From Candidatus Daviesbacteria bacterium RIFCSPHIGHO2_02_FULL_43_12 (GTDB lineage: Bacteria > Patescibacteriota > Microgenomatia > Daviesbacterales > UBA10151), in contig MFDD01000014.1 in the NCBI GenBank assembly GCA_001776775.1, positions 126,053-190,052 on the forward strand: a stretch of DNA of 64,000 nucleotides. Direction: 5' to 3'. The notes beneath the pieces were generated by a model. It saw only the letters and a program-made list of their open reading frames with translations. It had not been told where the DNA came from and made no database searches. Of this stretch, positions 1-9,003 are shown in pieces; position 1 is the first letter of the stretch; each line of letters starts with the position of its first letter. The position numbers and the translations under genes are program-made.

Positions 1-257
1 TTATCCAGATGGTCCAAAACCGGTAGCAGCTTAGTCAAAATCCCGGCACTAACCCAAGTCTTTAACTCCGAGCGACCCTCGGCTACCCTTTTCTCTAAAT
101 TCTGATAGTCAGCGACTGCTCTTTTTAGCTGAGAGTTTTGTAACTCAAACTGCTCTTTGAGCTCCGTTAACTCTTTACCTAACTGATCTAGCTGCGCGTT
201 TTCTGTTGTAGCCTGAGAAACTACATCATCTTGTTGTTTTTTATCATCCTTTTTCAT
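1..257 (-). CDS. grpE: GrpE nucleotide exchange factor, N-terminal part; the 3' end runs off the window edge
   Basis: Minus-strand frame from ATG at 257 reads MKKDDKKQQ...ADYQNLEKRVAEGRSELKTWVSAGILTKLLPVLDHLD, which matches the conserved GrpE core (F/YxNxxKR...LLPVxDxL). It lies directly downstream of hrcA, the classic hrcA-grpE order. Confidence 0.7.
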   Translation of the reverse strand, partial: MKKDDKKQQDDVVSQATTENAQLDQLGKELTELKEQFELQNSQLKRAVADYQNLEKRVAEGRSELKTWVSAGILTKLLPVLDHLD

Positions 258-287
258 CTTAATTCTTCATTCTGAACTCTGCATTCG

Positions 288-1016
288 CTACCAACTTCTG
301 CTTGCTTCCTCTATTAATCTACTGGTGTACTTAACATAGGGCATGACTACCGGAAAGTTCAAGCGAGCTGGTCCGATTACTCCCACTACCCCGCCGTGCT
401 CTCCTCTGCTTTTGAATCTACAAAAGACAAAGCTGGTAGGCCCCATATCTTCAAACCCTGTTTCTTCACCAAATAAAACATGTAAAAATTCTTCGCCTTT
501 GGCCTTACCAATGATCTCCTGCAGAGTTGGAAACTCATCAAACAGCGATAAGACAAATCTAGCGACATCAATATCCTCAAACTCAGGAAAGTCCAAAATA
601 TTGGCTGCTCCTGAATAATAGATATCTCCTTCATCGTCAACTGCTAGAGCCAAGACTCGAAGCTTGTTGGCTAAAGCTTTGACCGCCTCTTTGAGCAGAC
701 GCTGCTGATGATACCGCTGCTGCCACATTGACTCTTTCATCGAGACTTCCGCTGAGACGGGCATGTCCTTTTCTTTCATCAATTCGGCAATATACAGCCT
801 ATAGCCCATTGACGTTGGTGACCGACCAGCACTGGTATGCAGCTGCTTTAGATATCCCATCTCGGTTAGCCTGACCATCTCGTGACGAATGGTTGCCGGC
901 GAGACTCCTAGGTTATGTTCTTTTTCAACGTTCTCGGATCCGACAGGCTCTCCGCTTTTAACGTAGATCTCTACGACCGCTTTTAGTAATTGGCGTTGCC
1001 TTTCTGAAAGATCCAT
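288..1016 (-). CDS. hrcA: Heat-inducible transcription repressor HrcA
   Basis: N-terminus MDLSERQRQLLKAVVEIYVKSGEPVGS is the typical HrcA winged-helix start. The size is right (242 aa), a CIRCE element sits upstream and grpE follows. Confidence 0.85.
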   Translation of the reverse strand: MDLSERQRQLLKAVVEIYVKSGEPVGSENVEKEHNLGVSPATIRHEMVRLTEMGYLKQLHTSAGRSPTSMGYRLYIAELMKEKDMPVSAEVSMKESMWQQRYHQQRLLKEAVKALANKLRVLALAVDDEGDIYYSGAANILDFPEFEDIDVARFVLSLFDEFPTLQEIIGKAKGEEFLHVLFGEETGFEDMGPTSFVFCRFKSRGEHGGVVGVIGPARLNFPVVMPYVKYTSRLIEEASRSW

Positions 1017-1076
1017 TAATTTACAAACTGCTTGTGGTGAGCTTGTCGAACCGTTAGCAATAGAAACTCTCCATTG

Positions 1077-1103
1077 CTAGCACTAATTTACCACGAGTGC
1101 TAA
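1077..1103. promoter_or_regulatory. CIRCE operator (HrcA binding site) upstream of hrcA-grpE
   Basis: CTAGCACTA-ATTTACCAC-GAGTGCTAA fits the TTAGCACTC-N9-GAGTGCTAA inverted repeat (7/9 and 9/9 matches). It is about 60 bp upstream of the hrcA start on the minus strand. Confidence 0.65.
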
Positions 1104-1109
1104 CTACTG

Positions 1110-1781
1110 TCAAGAGGGATATTTATTTAAATAGTTAGGTAAGTCTGTCAAGCCATTGAGGATCTTCTTCTCACTTAGTCCTGCCTCTATAAACTGCTCC
1201 TTGGTAGCAAATCCTGAAAGTAATCCGACAAAATCAATTCCTCTGGCTTTGGCGGCTAGAAGATCACTCATTCCATCTCCGATAAACAAAACGTCATTTT
1301 CCTCAATCCCCTTCTTGTCCAGCTCGGAAAAGGCAGGGTCAAAAACTCTTGGGTCAGGTTTATGAAACTGACAGTCATCAGCCATGCAGATAAAAGTAAA
1401 GACTTCTGGAGCATCGGAAAAAAAGCGGCTGACAGTTTTATTAAAACCTCGACGAGGAGAGGAGCTAACCACTCCCATAACCTTATACTGCCGACTAATT
1501 TTCTTGAGAATTTCTATTGCATAAGGAAAGGGCTTAACTACAAAGTCGGCTTGATCGATAAATTTATAGTATTCCTCTTCTATCTTTTCTACTTGGTCTT
1601 CGGGATGAATATCTGCTAAAACTTTTCTTAAAGGATTACCCCAGAGTTGCCTTAACTGATCTTCAATATTCTCCTCTCTGCCTCTAGCTTTCAAGAATTG
1701 ATGGTGGAGAGCTAAGACATCTTTAAATGTCGCCACGATCGTATCATCCCAATCAAAAATCAAAGCCCTGGGTTTGGTCAT
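1110..1781 (-). CDS. HAD-superfamily hydrolase (phosphatase-like)
   Basis: N-terminal LIFDWDDTIV is HAD motif I (DxDxT). C-terminal FIGDGMSDLLAAKARG is HAD motif IV. Confidence 0.6.
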   Translation of the reverse strand: MTKPRALIFDWDDTIVATFKDVLALHHQFLKARGREENIEDQLRQLWGNPLRKVLADIHPEDQVEKIEEEYYKFIDQADFVVKPFPYAIEILKKISRQYKVMGVVSSSPRRGFNKTVSRFFSDAPEVFTFICMADDCQFHKPDPRVFDPAFSELDKKGIEENDVLFIGDGMSDLLAAKARGIDFVGLLSGFATKEQFIEAGLSEKKILNGLTDLPNYLNKYPS

Positions 1782-1897
1782 AAAAGTAGTATACCCTCCA
1801 GGAAATAATTATCAAAGAGTTAAACTAGAACCGGTAAAGGTGATGCCCTTGGGTCGAATAACAACTTGCTTTGGCCCTTTTTCGACATAGCCTGCTC

Positions 1898-2692
1898 TTA
1901 AGAGTGGATAACCTGGGTGCCTTCGGCAATTTCAGAGGCGGTCTGGGCATCCGATTCTGGCATAAAAAGCGCATAGCCAGCACCCATATTAAAAGTGCTA
2001 TACATCTCGAGAAGGGTTTCCGTTTGGGGATAATGCCTCTCAATAAAATCAAATACTGGCTGAGGCTGGGGAACTTGATCAATGATATACCTTAAATCAT
2101 TTCGCTGAGCCCGCATCAGCTTTCTCCAGCCATGTCCGGTAATATGAGCTAGGTAATGAATGTCTACCTTCCCGAGTAACTCTTGAACTAAGGGTGAGTA
2201 TTGCCTCGAAGCCACGAGTAACGCCTCACCATACATCATTCCGTCCGATAGTTTTGTGCGATAGCCTTGCGGTAAAGATCTAGCGATCTGGCGAGAAAGA
2301 GTTAATCCGTTATCATGAATGCCCGTTGAGGGAGCTAAGAGTATACAGTCTCCATCCTCTAACATATGACCATCTCCTGGATAATCATCCTTTGGATGAA
2401 TAATTCCAGTTGCGCTCCCAGCCAGAACAGCTGTTTTAGCATTCACTTGCCCAAATAATGTTTGGCTTTCTCCTCCGCCCCATCTGGCTCCTGTATCTAA
2501 ACAAGCATCAGCCCAACCCTTAGCCAGATCTCTTTGCTTTTCTTCGTCGGCAAACCAAGCAGAACGTCCACTCGCCCAAAAAGCATTAACCGTTAGAGGA
2601 CACGCAGTGGAAGTTGCCAGATCATTTAAAATTGTTGCTACCGTTGAGTAGCCCATGGCATCATAATAAGTTCTTCCAGTGACCCGCCTCAT
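1898..2692 (-). CDS. PurM-like AIR synthase family protein (C-terminal ~265 aa; the N-terminal part lies in another frame upstream, see findings)
   Basis: Segments GDCILLAPSTGIHDNGLTLSRQI, HITGHGWRKLM and FNMGAGYALF align with the PurM motifs [30 protein letters not shown] and FNCGVGM. The in-frame upstream extension carries TEGLGTRNQVA, matching SGTDGVGTKLKLA. Confidence 0.5.
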   Translation of the reverse strand: MRRVTGRTYYDAMGYSTVATILNDLATSTACPLTVNAFWASGRSAWFADEEKQRDLAKGWADACLDTGARWGGGESQTLFGQVNAKTAVLAGSATGIIHPKDDYPGDGHMLEDGDCILLAPSTGIHDNGLTLSRQIARSLPQGYRTKLSDGMMYGEALLVASRQYSPLVQELLGKVDIHYLAHITGHGWRKLMRAQRNDLRYIIDQVPQPQPVFDFIERHYPQTETLLEMYSTFNMGAGYALFMPESDAQTASEIAEGTQVIHS

Positions 2693-2959
2693 GGCATCGG
2701 CAACTTGATTGCGAGTTCCTAATCCTTCGGTTAATGTCGCCAGATAAAATGGTCCTACATCTATTACATATGCAGATTCGCCCCGACTCTCTGGTAGCTC
2801 TCGAAATCCACCGGGATGAGGCCTAGCAGCAGTGAGTCTCTGCTCAACGCTTGAGCATGCAGTTTGGCCGGATCCATTTGGCCATAGTCAACCCCCGATA
2901 GTGTATATGCATCTTTACGCCCACCGCTTGCCATGTGATCAGTATACAAGCTGATAGTA

Positions 2960-3529
2960 TTATTTCAAGAGAGTAATAGTTCGAATTGGACGGGCTGTTT
3001 GATTTGCTTGATCCTTTCCCCAAATAGCGACTTGAGTCACCGGAAAGCTCCAATTTATCCCTGCGCACATCTCTCTTAATTTTTGTTCATTTCTTCTAAA
3101 AGTCCTTTTTTGCTCCTGTCTCGGCATGAAAGCAAACCTGAGATGTGGATGATACTCTAAACGTTCGTCTCGGCAGAAGGTAGAGAGATCCGCTCTTGTA
3201 GCCGTTCGAAAATCTACTAACTGGGGAGGAACTCGAGCCTCCAGATAGGCCATAAAAGGATTGTCTGGTAGCAGATAGCCTAGCCCCGATACCATAATAG
3301 AAGCGCCTCTCAACATTTCCCTATGTCGTTCCAGAGTATTTTGCATTGGCTCCAAGGATCTTTCCCTTATATCTACTGAATTCCAAACTGTTATCCTGGG
3401 CGCGTCCTGAGAATAGCCCAGTCCCGGAACCGCCTGTCTAACTTTATTCTTAAATCTTTCGTAGGCTATAGCTACATCGTCGGGCACAAGCACGCCGATG
3501 AAACAATCGTAAATAATCTTTTCTGGCAT
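2960..3529 (-). CDS. Hypothetical protein (weak 2H-phosphoesterase-like H-x-T/S hints)
   Basis: Long ORF co-directional with its neighbours. It has two weak H-x-[TS]-like elements (PRITVW, HPHLRF). I cannot assign a family confidently. Confidence 0.25.
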   Translation of the reverse strand: MPEKIIYDCFIGVLVPDDVAIAYERFKNKVRQAVPGLGYSQDAPRITVWNSVDIRERSLEPMQNTLERHREMLRGASIMVSGLGYLLPDNPFMAYLEARVPPQLVDFRTATRADLSTFCRDERLEYHPHLRFAFMPRQEQKRTFRRNEQKLREMCAGINWSFPVTQVAIWGKDQANQTARPIRTITLLK

Positions 3530-3588
3530 AGGCCGATTATAATAACTACTAGGTCTAATTACTAGGGGTGAGCCGAGATGACTGAGGA

Positions 3589-6036
3589 TTATCTTTTGGT
3601 GGATTTTTCTGGAGTGGAATCTTGTTTAGCTGAACTTTCATCTTTTTCAAAGCTTTCTCGGACATTATTGATTGCCTCTTGAATAAATTCATCAGTAAAG
3701 ACTCTATCGGTAAAGATACCTTTATAGACTTGGTCCCCTTTACTGCAGTATTTATCGGAAATCTCGCCCGTTAAATTAGTATGCATAATTTTGCGAATGA
3801 ACTCTAACCGTTCTCGACCATCCATCTTTTTTTGCTGAGAAGCAATTCCGAGTGCAAAACATAATTTTTGATATGCACTCTCTTTAATCATATCCCCTAG
3901 AGCTATTCCTCCAGCTTTGATAAACTCTCCCCTCCTTTTATCTAAGGCGATCTCTGCTACTCCATTGTCGGTGGTAGCGATAATACAGATCGGTTTATGG
4001 TAGGAGTTGACTGCTGTGGCGATATAATATTTCATCTGCATCGGCATATTCGCCTCGTCGTAACCTCCAACTAAGATAGCGGAGATATCATCTGACTCGA
4101 CATAACTTTCAAATTGCTTAATATCCACGGCACTAATACATTCAAAATAAGCCACTTTTTGGTTGAAACCAGTAAACAAATTAAAGGGTCTCTTTTTAAC
4201 TCCATCCAAAATATCAATAATCTCCACATGATGGCTCAGGGTTCCCGCCAAGGGATGTTTTTCAATCGGAGCAAAGGCATTAATACCGTGTTCATCTTCT
4301 TTGACTACCGTCGTTCCGATCATCAGCTTATCCCCAAAAGCCACTTTGACCCCAGCCTTAGCACGGCTTTCTTTGGGCTGCTCTAATCTGGCAAAGATCG
4401 CTTTAATCGATTTAACAAAATTGCGATCAAAGTCGGAAGATCCAAATCCGGGTTTTTGAGCTCCAGTTAAAATGACATCTTTATCAATACCCACCAACAT
4501 GTAGGAGATCGCAGCGGCAGTATAGGCTAGAGTGTCAGTACCATGCAAAACAACTACTCCATCATATTTATCGATGTTTTTAGCTATCACTCTTGCTAGC
4601 TGAGCTCTATAGCGATGCTCCATATTCGAGCTATCAATATTAACTAGCTCTAGATAATCTAGGGAGGTTAGCCGATCAATTCCCTTAAGTTTGACGTCAA
4701 ACAGCTCTTGGAGAGTTTTCTTGGTAGGAGCGAGCACGCCTTCAAGGTTAGGTTCTTGGAAAAAAGTTCCCCCAAGCGAGATCGTTAAAATCTTATATTT
4801 ACTAGTCTTAGATTTACAATAAGTTTTTATATCATTACTAAACGCCTGGTCTTCTTGGGGTTTAAAGAAGCTATCTAAAGTCGGGGCCGTTTTAATAAAT
4901 TGATCCCTGGTGTTATTGACCATATGCCGAGAAAAGGTATCGGGGATCTCTTCAGCCACTGCTGTCAGTAAAAGACGGCTGGCGTCTTGGAGTTTTCTAA
5001 ACTTATCCTCCCCTTGAGCATTGCTTAGGGCATATCTCATTTTTTCGATAGCGGCTGGTTTAACCATTGGCCCCAAAGAGATTGCTCCAGCTTTAACAGC
5101 CACCGCCCCCACATCATAAAGCCCCATGTCCGAGGAACCCTTTTTACAATTAGTGATTACTCCGATTAGTTTGGCTTTTTCATAAACTGCTCTATAGATT
5201 AAAGGAATTAACTTAGCTGGACAGTTTCCAGCCCCAAAAGCTCCGATAATAATCCCTTGGATTGTGTCGTCCGTAACCAGCTGTTCAAAGCTGCCTAAAT
5301 GAGTTTCCGAGACCAGGTCAAAATAGGCGACATTTACGTTGGTGTTATAGGAGTAGTTGACCTGAGACGGTTTACGAGGTACTGCATGAGAGCTAATCTT
5401 GACGGTCCATCCAACATCCCCAATTTTTGGAACTCGAGGAGAGAGGATTGGATTATTGGAACGAGTTCCCCGGTTAGTTGCTACCGTCGCTCGAGTTAAA
5501 GAGTCATCGAAAAGGATCGCTACTTCTCCAACTGATGGAGCGTTGACATCTTTAGCGCCCATTAAAGAAACTTTGATGGCGTTAGGTAAGTTGAGCCGAA
5601 AGTCTGAGTCTGGATCCCGGGCACTTTGGGTTGCTCCGGTAAAAATAACCGGTGCCCCTAAACCTCGTAGAGCAAAGGCCGTCGCGCAAGTGTAATAGGC
5701 TGCCACATCCATCCCTCCGATAACTACAAAACCATCATAGTCATTTTGGTAATCTTTAATGGTTTTAGCGATATCGGCAATTTCAAAAGAGGTGAGATCT
5801 GCACTATCTTTTTGACTAAGAGCCAAACAGTCAATCCGACCCGCTTCGTCTTTGAGATACGGAACCAAATCTAAGGACTCTCGGAGATTAAAGTTAAGAT
5901 CTTCGGTCGGACGTTCTATCCCCAAGCCTCCCAGAGAAAGAACCAATACCTTGCCGTCTTTATGCGGATTCTCCGAATAAGTAAAAATTTTATTAGTCAT
6001 AACTGGGTTGTGAGTACTAAAATTAAAAAGTCCCAT
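3589..6036 (-). CDS. 815-aa protein with two tandem asparaginase/GatD-like domains (probably non-canonical)
   Basis: The C-terminal half carries VVLHGTDTLAYTAAAISYML (the asparaginase HGTDTM-type motif), VILTGAQKP (TGAMRP-like) and ILVGGYDEANMP (GxGxGN-P-like). The N-terminal half shows the same order in degenerate form (LSLGGLGI; VVIGGMDVAAYYTCATAF; VIFTGATQSARDPDSD; IIIGAFGAGNCP). The nucleophilic Thr of TGGTIAG is not conserved in either copy. Confidence 0.5.
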   Translation of the reverse strand: MGLFNFSTHNPVMTNKIFTYSENPHKDGKVLVLSLGGLGIERPTEDLNFNLRESLDLVPYLKDEAGRIDCLALSQKDSADLTSFEIADIAKTIKDYQNDYDGFVVIGGMDVAAYYTCATAFALRGLGAPVIFTGATQSARDPDSDFRLNLPNAIKVSLMGAKDVNAPSVGEVAILFDDSLTRATVATNRGTRSNNPILSPRVPKIGDVGWTVKISSHAVPRKPSQVNYSYNTNVNVAYFDLVSETHLGSFEQLVTDDTIQGIIIGAFGAGNCPAKLIPLIYRAVYEKAKLIGVITNCKKGSSDMGLYDVGAVAVKAGAISLGPMVKPAAIEKMRYALSNAQGEDKFRKLQDASRLLLTAVAEEIPDTFSRHMVNNTRDQFIKTAPTLDSFFKPQEDQAFSNDIKTYCKSKTSKYKILTISLGGTFFQEPNLEGVLAPTKKTLQELFDVKLKGIDRLTSLDYLELVNIDSSNMEHRYRAQLARVIAKNIDKYDGVVVLHGTDTLAYTAAAISYMLVGIDKDVILTGAQKPGFGSSDFDRNFVKSIKAIFARLEQPKESRAKAGVKVAFGDKLMIGTTVVKEDEHGINAFAPIEKHPLAGTLSHHVEIIDILDGVKKRPFNLFTGFNQKVAYFECISAVDIKQFESYVESDDISAILVGGYDEANMPMQMKYYIATAVNSYHKPICIIATTDNGVAEIALDKRRGEFIKAGGIALGDMIKESAYQKLCFALGIASQQKKMDGRERLEFIRKIMHTNLTGEISDKYCSKGDQVYKGIFTDRVFTDEFIQEAINNVRESFEKDESSAKQDSTPEKSTKR

Positions 6037-6086
6037 TAATTCTAGGTTATCCTAAAATACTGGAAATTTCTAGTTGTACTCTCCTT

Positions 6087-7661
6087 TCATTTATAAGACT
6101 CATCTAAGCCTAGATTTTCTTCTATAACTCGGTCAATTAAAGCTTCCCCAGGGGAGAAGAGGATTAACCTTCTTCTTTGGGACAGAGTTGTTTCGAAATA
6201 AGGTTCGGTAAATTTTTTAGCGATAAACTCTGGATCAGCTGAGGCTACTGGAGCCCAGAGAGACGGGGCTTTCGATCGATTCTTTTTCCACTCCTCAACC
6301 ATCTTAGCAAGTTCAGTTGCACCATTGACAACCACAACCGTAGGTTTTCTTAAAGCCTCTCTACCCTCTTCGGGCTCCCCCCAAACTAGATCGTCAAATT
6401 TATCTCGTAAATGGCGTCTTAATATCACCTCAACGAGCTGAAAGTAGCGAGCAATGTCTGGAAGGGTAGTTTTAGCGTCCTTAATTAGACCTTCCATGGT
6501 TTTTTGTGTTTCATTAGAAACAGGAACGGCTCTGTCTAAGATTCTCCCAGCAAAAGCCGATGTTTTAGGATCGTAATTGGAAGAAAGACCAAGCAAAACG
6601 ACCTGTGCAACCTTTATGTCGTAATCGGTTAGTCCTTTTAGAAACTTTTCTGTCGTCTCTCTTCTTCCTCTATAGTGAATGCCCTCAACCCCTCTTAAGG
6701 TGTCGCCTAATACTCCATCTCCAGCTGTAGAAGAGACAACCCAGGTTTCATTAGACCCTGCATGCTGGGCCGCCTTTTTAGCTATCTGCTGCTGCAGTAG
6801 TAAACCATATTCTCCAGTATCAATGGTTCTTGCCATAAATGGAATTGACTCTGAAATAACTGCTAAATCTGATCTATCTCCATAATATTCACCCACCTCT
6901 ATTAGCCTCTCCCGAGATCTATCTTTTAGTTTTAAGGCTAGTTCGTCTGGATCTTTGGCATTGTCTCCTCCTAAAATTCTAATCGCTGAACGCCGGTAAA
7001 TCCTTCTTTTCTCTGAACCAGGTTGACTGATTAGAAATGTAGGTGGTTGATCGACTCCGTAATAGCTTCTTAAATAGCTTCTGATATCAAACTCCACATA
7101 CATCCGCGGATCTCCTGAGCTGGTTAAGACAAAGTCGTCTCGAGGATAATCTGCACCTTGCACTAAGTCCATATCAAAAATATGATGGGGTTCAACTCTT
7201 ATAGAGGATCCTGCGGCGGTTACTTTCTCTACTTCAGCAATGAATGGATTAATAGTACCGTATTGAAGACTGAACTCTTCTAGGTTAGCTAAAGCTAAAC
7301 CTTCTGGGTCTATCCCAAGCTCCAGGGCAAGCTTTTTAACGTCTACTTTACGATCTTGTCTTAAGTGAGCAATGACCAGCTCCTCTTGTGGGGTTGTATA
7401 GGCAATAGATTTGATAGGACGCCAGGGTTCCACTCCCTCTTGTCTTAAGTAAACTGCCCGTTTTTGATTATCTTTACCGGAACTTGATTCACCTTGATAC
7501 TGACCAAAAAAATAATGGATCCGGTGTTGAAGTCTTAAAGCGAAAAAAGCTGCAGACACTTTGTGGAATTTGTCTACTATTTTATTATCGGGTGTTAAAC
7601 CGATTTTCTCCGGTCGAAAATTTCCGGTTGGTAAATATTGCTCAGTGATTTCCCTTTGCAT
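6087..7661 (-). CDS. 524-aa protein with an N-terminal YbaK/ProX-like aminoacyl-tRNA deacylase domain and a large unknown C-terminal region
   Basis: ELVIAHLRQDRKVDVKKLALELG...LQYGTINPFIA resembles the YbaK/ProRS-editing fold (LAVAV...LDLKKVAKALG...GGISPLG). The remainder has no family I can name. Confidence 0.4.
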   Translation of the reverse strand: MQREITEQYLPTGNFRPEKIGLTPDNKIVDKFHKVSAAFFALRLQHRIHYFFGQYQGESSSGKDNQKRAVYLRQEGVEPWRPIKSIAYTTPQEELVIAHLRQDRKVDVKKLALELGIDPEGLALANLEEFSLQYGTINPFIAEVEKVTAAGSSIRVEPHHIFDMDLVQGADYPRDDFVLTSSGDPRMYVEFDIRSYLRSYYGVDQPPTFLISQPGSEKRRIYRRSAIRILGGDNAKDPDELALKLKDRSRERLIEVGEYYGDRSDLAVISESIPFMARTIDTGEYGLLLQQQIAKKAAQHAGSNETWVVSSTAGDGVLGDTLRGVEGIHYRGRRETTEKFLKGLTDYDIKVAQVVLLGLSSNYDPKTSAFAGRILDRAVPVSNETQKTMEGLIKDAKTTLPDIARYFQLVEVILRRHLRDKFDDLVWGEPEEGREALRKPTVVVVNGATELAKMVEEWKKNRSKAPSLWAPVASADPEFIAKKFTEPYFETTLSQRRRLILFSPGEALIDRVIEENLGLDESYK

Positions 7662-7711
7662 AAAATTAAAAACAAGTCCTGACGACTTGTGGCAGAAATC
7701 TTATAGTTTTC

Positions 7712-7740
7712 TTGACTTAATGTAAAATTTATTGTATTAT
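7712..7740 (+). promoter_or_regulatory. Sigma-70-like promoter (TTGACT -17 bp- TATTAT) in an AT-rich divergent intergenic region
   Basis: TTGACT at 7712-7717 and TATTAT at 7735-7740, with a 17-bp spacer, about 100 bp upstream of the + strand gene at 7839. The region 7662-7838 is very AT-rich and lies between divergent genes. Confidence 0.35.
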
Positions 7741-7838
7741 CTTGCAGATTGTAATATTTACTTACGTTTATCCAAGTTAGCAATAGTTATATTTGGATTT
7801 AATGTAATAATATGCAACTAGATATATAAATCTAACAA

Positions 7839-8495
7839 ATGATTAAAGCGGCTGATGCGGTATTACAACTCCTTAAAAACGACGAGATCGCCCTGGAATC
7901 TTTTCGGGAAAGTATTCTTAACTTAAGTGCTTATGCAACTAAGATTCAGAAAAGTGTTGAGAAATTAACTTATAAACCGGTTAAAAAGGGAACTATTGTG
8001 GTAGCCTTATCCCGGCTTTCCAAATCAGACTTAAAGGCTTCCCAAAAACCCGAGATAAAAATTAATCATTTAAGCACCCGCTCGCCGGTCATCTCTTATA
8101 CTTACCAAAAAACTTTCGACACTCAAAGACGGGTTTCTACGCTTAACCCTTATCTCGTGACTCCAACGGACTTATTTGGAATTATCGAAGGAGAAAGTGA
8201 GATCATCATCATTGTGTCCGAGAAAGCGGTCGATTTAGTTAAAGACCATATCGGAGTTATCCCAAAAAGAGAAGTTGCCAATCTGGTTGGGCTAACAGTC
8301 CAGTTCTCCGATAAAATACCCAGCCAAAAGGTTTTACAATCGCTTTTAAGCTTACTCTCAACACATCAGGTTAATATTGAAAATATTCTACCAGGAATGA
8401 ACGAGATCTCCTTTATCATTGCTCAAAACAGCCTGGAGCAGGCAATCTCAGCTCTAAATTTATATACTATTAAAAAGGAGTCAGCTGGTGGTTAA
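7839..8495 (+). CDS. ACT-domain-like protein (resembles aspartokinase regulatory domains)
   Basis: ANLVGLTVQFSDKIP...VNIENILPGMNEISFIIAQN...AISAL follows the aspartokinase C-terminal ACT pattern (ISVVG.GM...INI.MIS.SE..ISFVV). It has no kinase domain. Confidence 0.35.
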   Translation: MIKAADAVLQLLKNDEIALESFRESILNLSAYATKIQKSVEKLTYKPVKKGTIVVALSRLSKSDLKASQKPEIKINHLSTRSPVISYTYQKTFDTQRRVSTLNPYLVTPTDLFGIIEGESEIIIIVSEKAVDLVKDHIGVIPKREVANLVGLTVQFSDKIPSQKVLQSLLSLLSTHQVNIENILPGMNEISFIIAQNSLEQAISALNLYTIKKESAGG

Positions 8496-8967
8496 TCCTA
8501 AGACGCCTGATTCAATATTAGTGATATTAACCGGAGGACGGATTGATTCTGTTTGGGACGGCGGGATTGATGAAATTGTGGTGGCCAAACATTCAGTGAT
8601 CCCGGAGTATTTTAAGGAACTAAAGACTGAGGGATTAGAGTTTAAAGAAGTTTGTATGAAAGATTCTAGAGCCCTAGTGCTGGAAGATCGTATAGCTATT
8701 TTGCAGGCAATTGAACAAAGTCATACTAATAAGATCCTGATTACTCATGGAACTCATACGCTACCAGACACTATTGAGTTTCTAAACAAACATCTCAAAG
8801 ATAAGTCAAAGACTATTGTCTTTACCGGATCATCAACACCATTAAAAGACTTTAAATCCTCTGATGCAGCTTTGAATCTAGGATATGCCCTAGCTAAAGT
8901 TGAAGATTTACCGGCTGGACTGTACTTTTGTGCAAATAACCAGACTACTCCTGCTGAAAGAATCTGA
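8488..8967 (+). CDS. Stand-alone asparaginase/GatD N-terminal-domain-like protein (159 aa), GTG start
   Basis: ILVILTGGRIDSV (TGGTIAG-like), ILITHGTHTLPDTIEFL (HGTDTM-like) and IVFTGSSTPL (TGAMRP-like). A GGAG RBS lies 8 nt upstream of the GTG. It overlaps the upstream gene by 8 bp. Confidence 0.45.
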   Translation: MVNPKTPDSILVILTGGRIDSVWDGGIDEIVVAKHSVIPEYFKELKTEGLEFKEVCMKDSRALVLEDRIAILQAIEQSHTNKILITHGTHTLPDTIEFLNKHLKDKSKTIVFTGSSTPLKDFKSSDAALNLGYALAKVEDLPAGLYFCANNQTTPAERI

Positions 8968-9003
8968 TTGCTAGATTAAATCTTTTGTCCTATAATCCTG
9001 AAC

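Noticed and set aside
343-640. Short ORFs (91 aa on the + strand and 84 aa on the - strand) inside or antisense to hrcA
   Set aside because: They lie entirely within the well-supported hrcA CDS and have no motifs. They are typical antisense or alternative-frame artefacts. Many other small ORFs in the track are nested in large genes in the same way (e.g. 4114-4386, 5299-5695, 6679-6885, 10136-11034, 12084-12377, 33396-33593, 35489-35797, 40498-40887, 49772-50134).
The 39760-40383 + ORF is antisense to groEL.
7662-7838. AT-rich 177-bp divergent intergenic region, checked for a tRNA or small RNA
   Set aside because: No cloverleaf-compatible segments. The content is consistent with two divergent promoters; one near-consensus promoter is listed as a feature.
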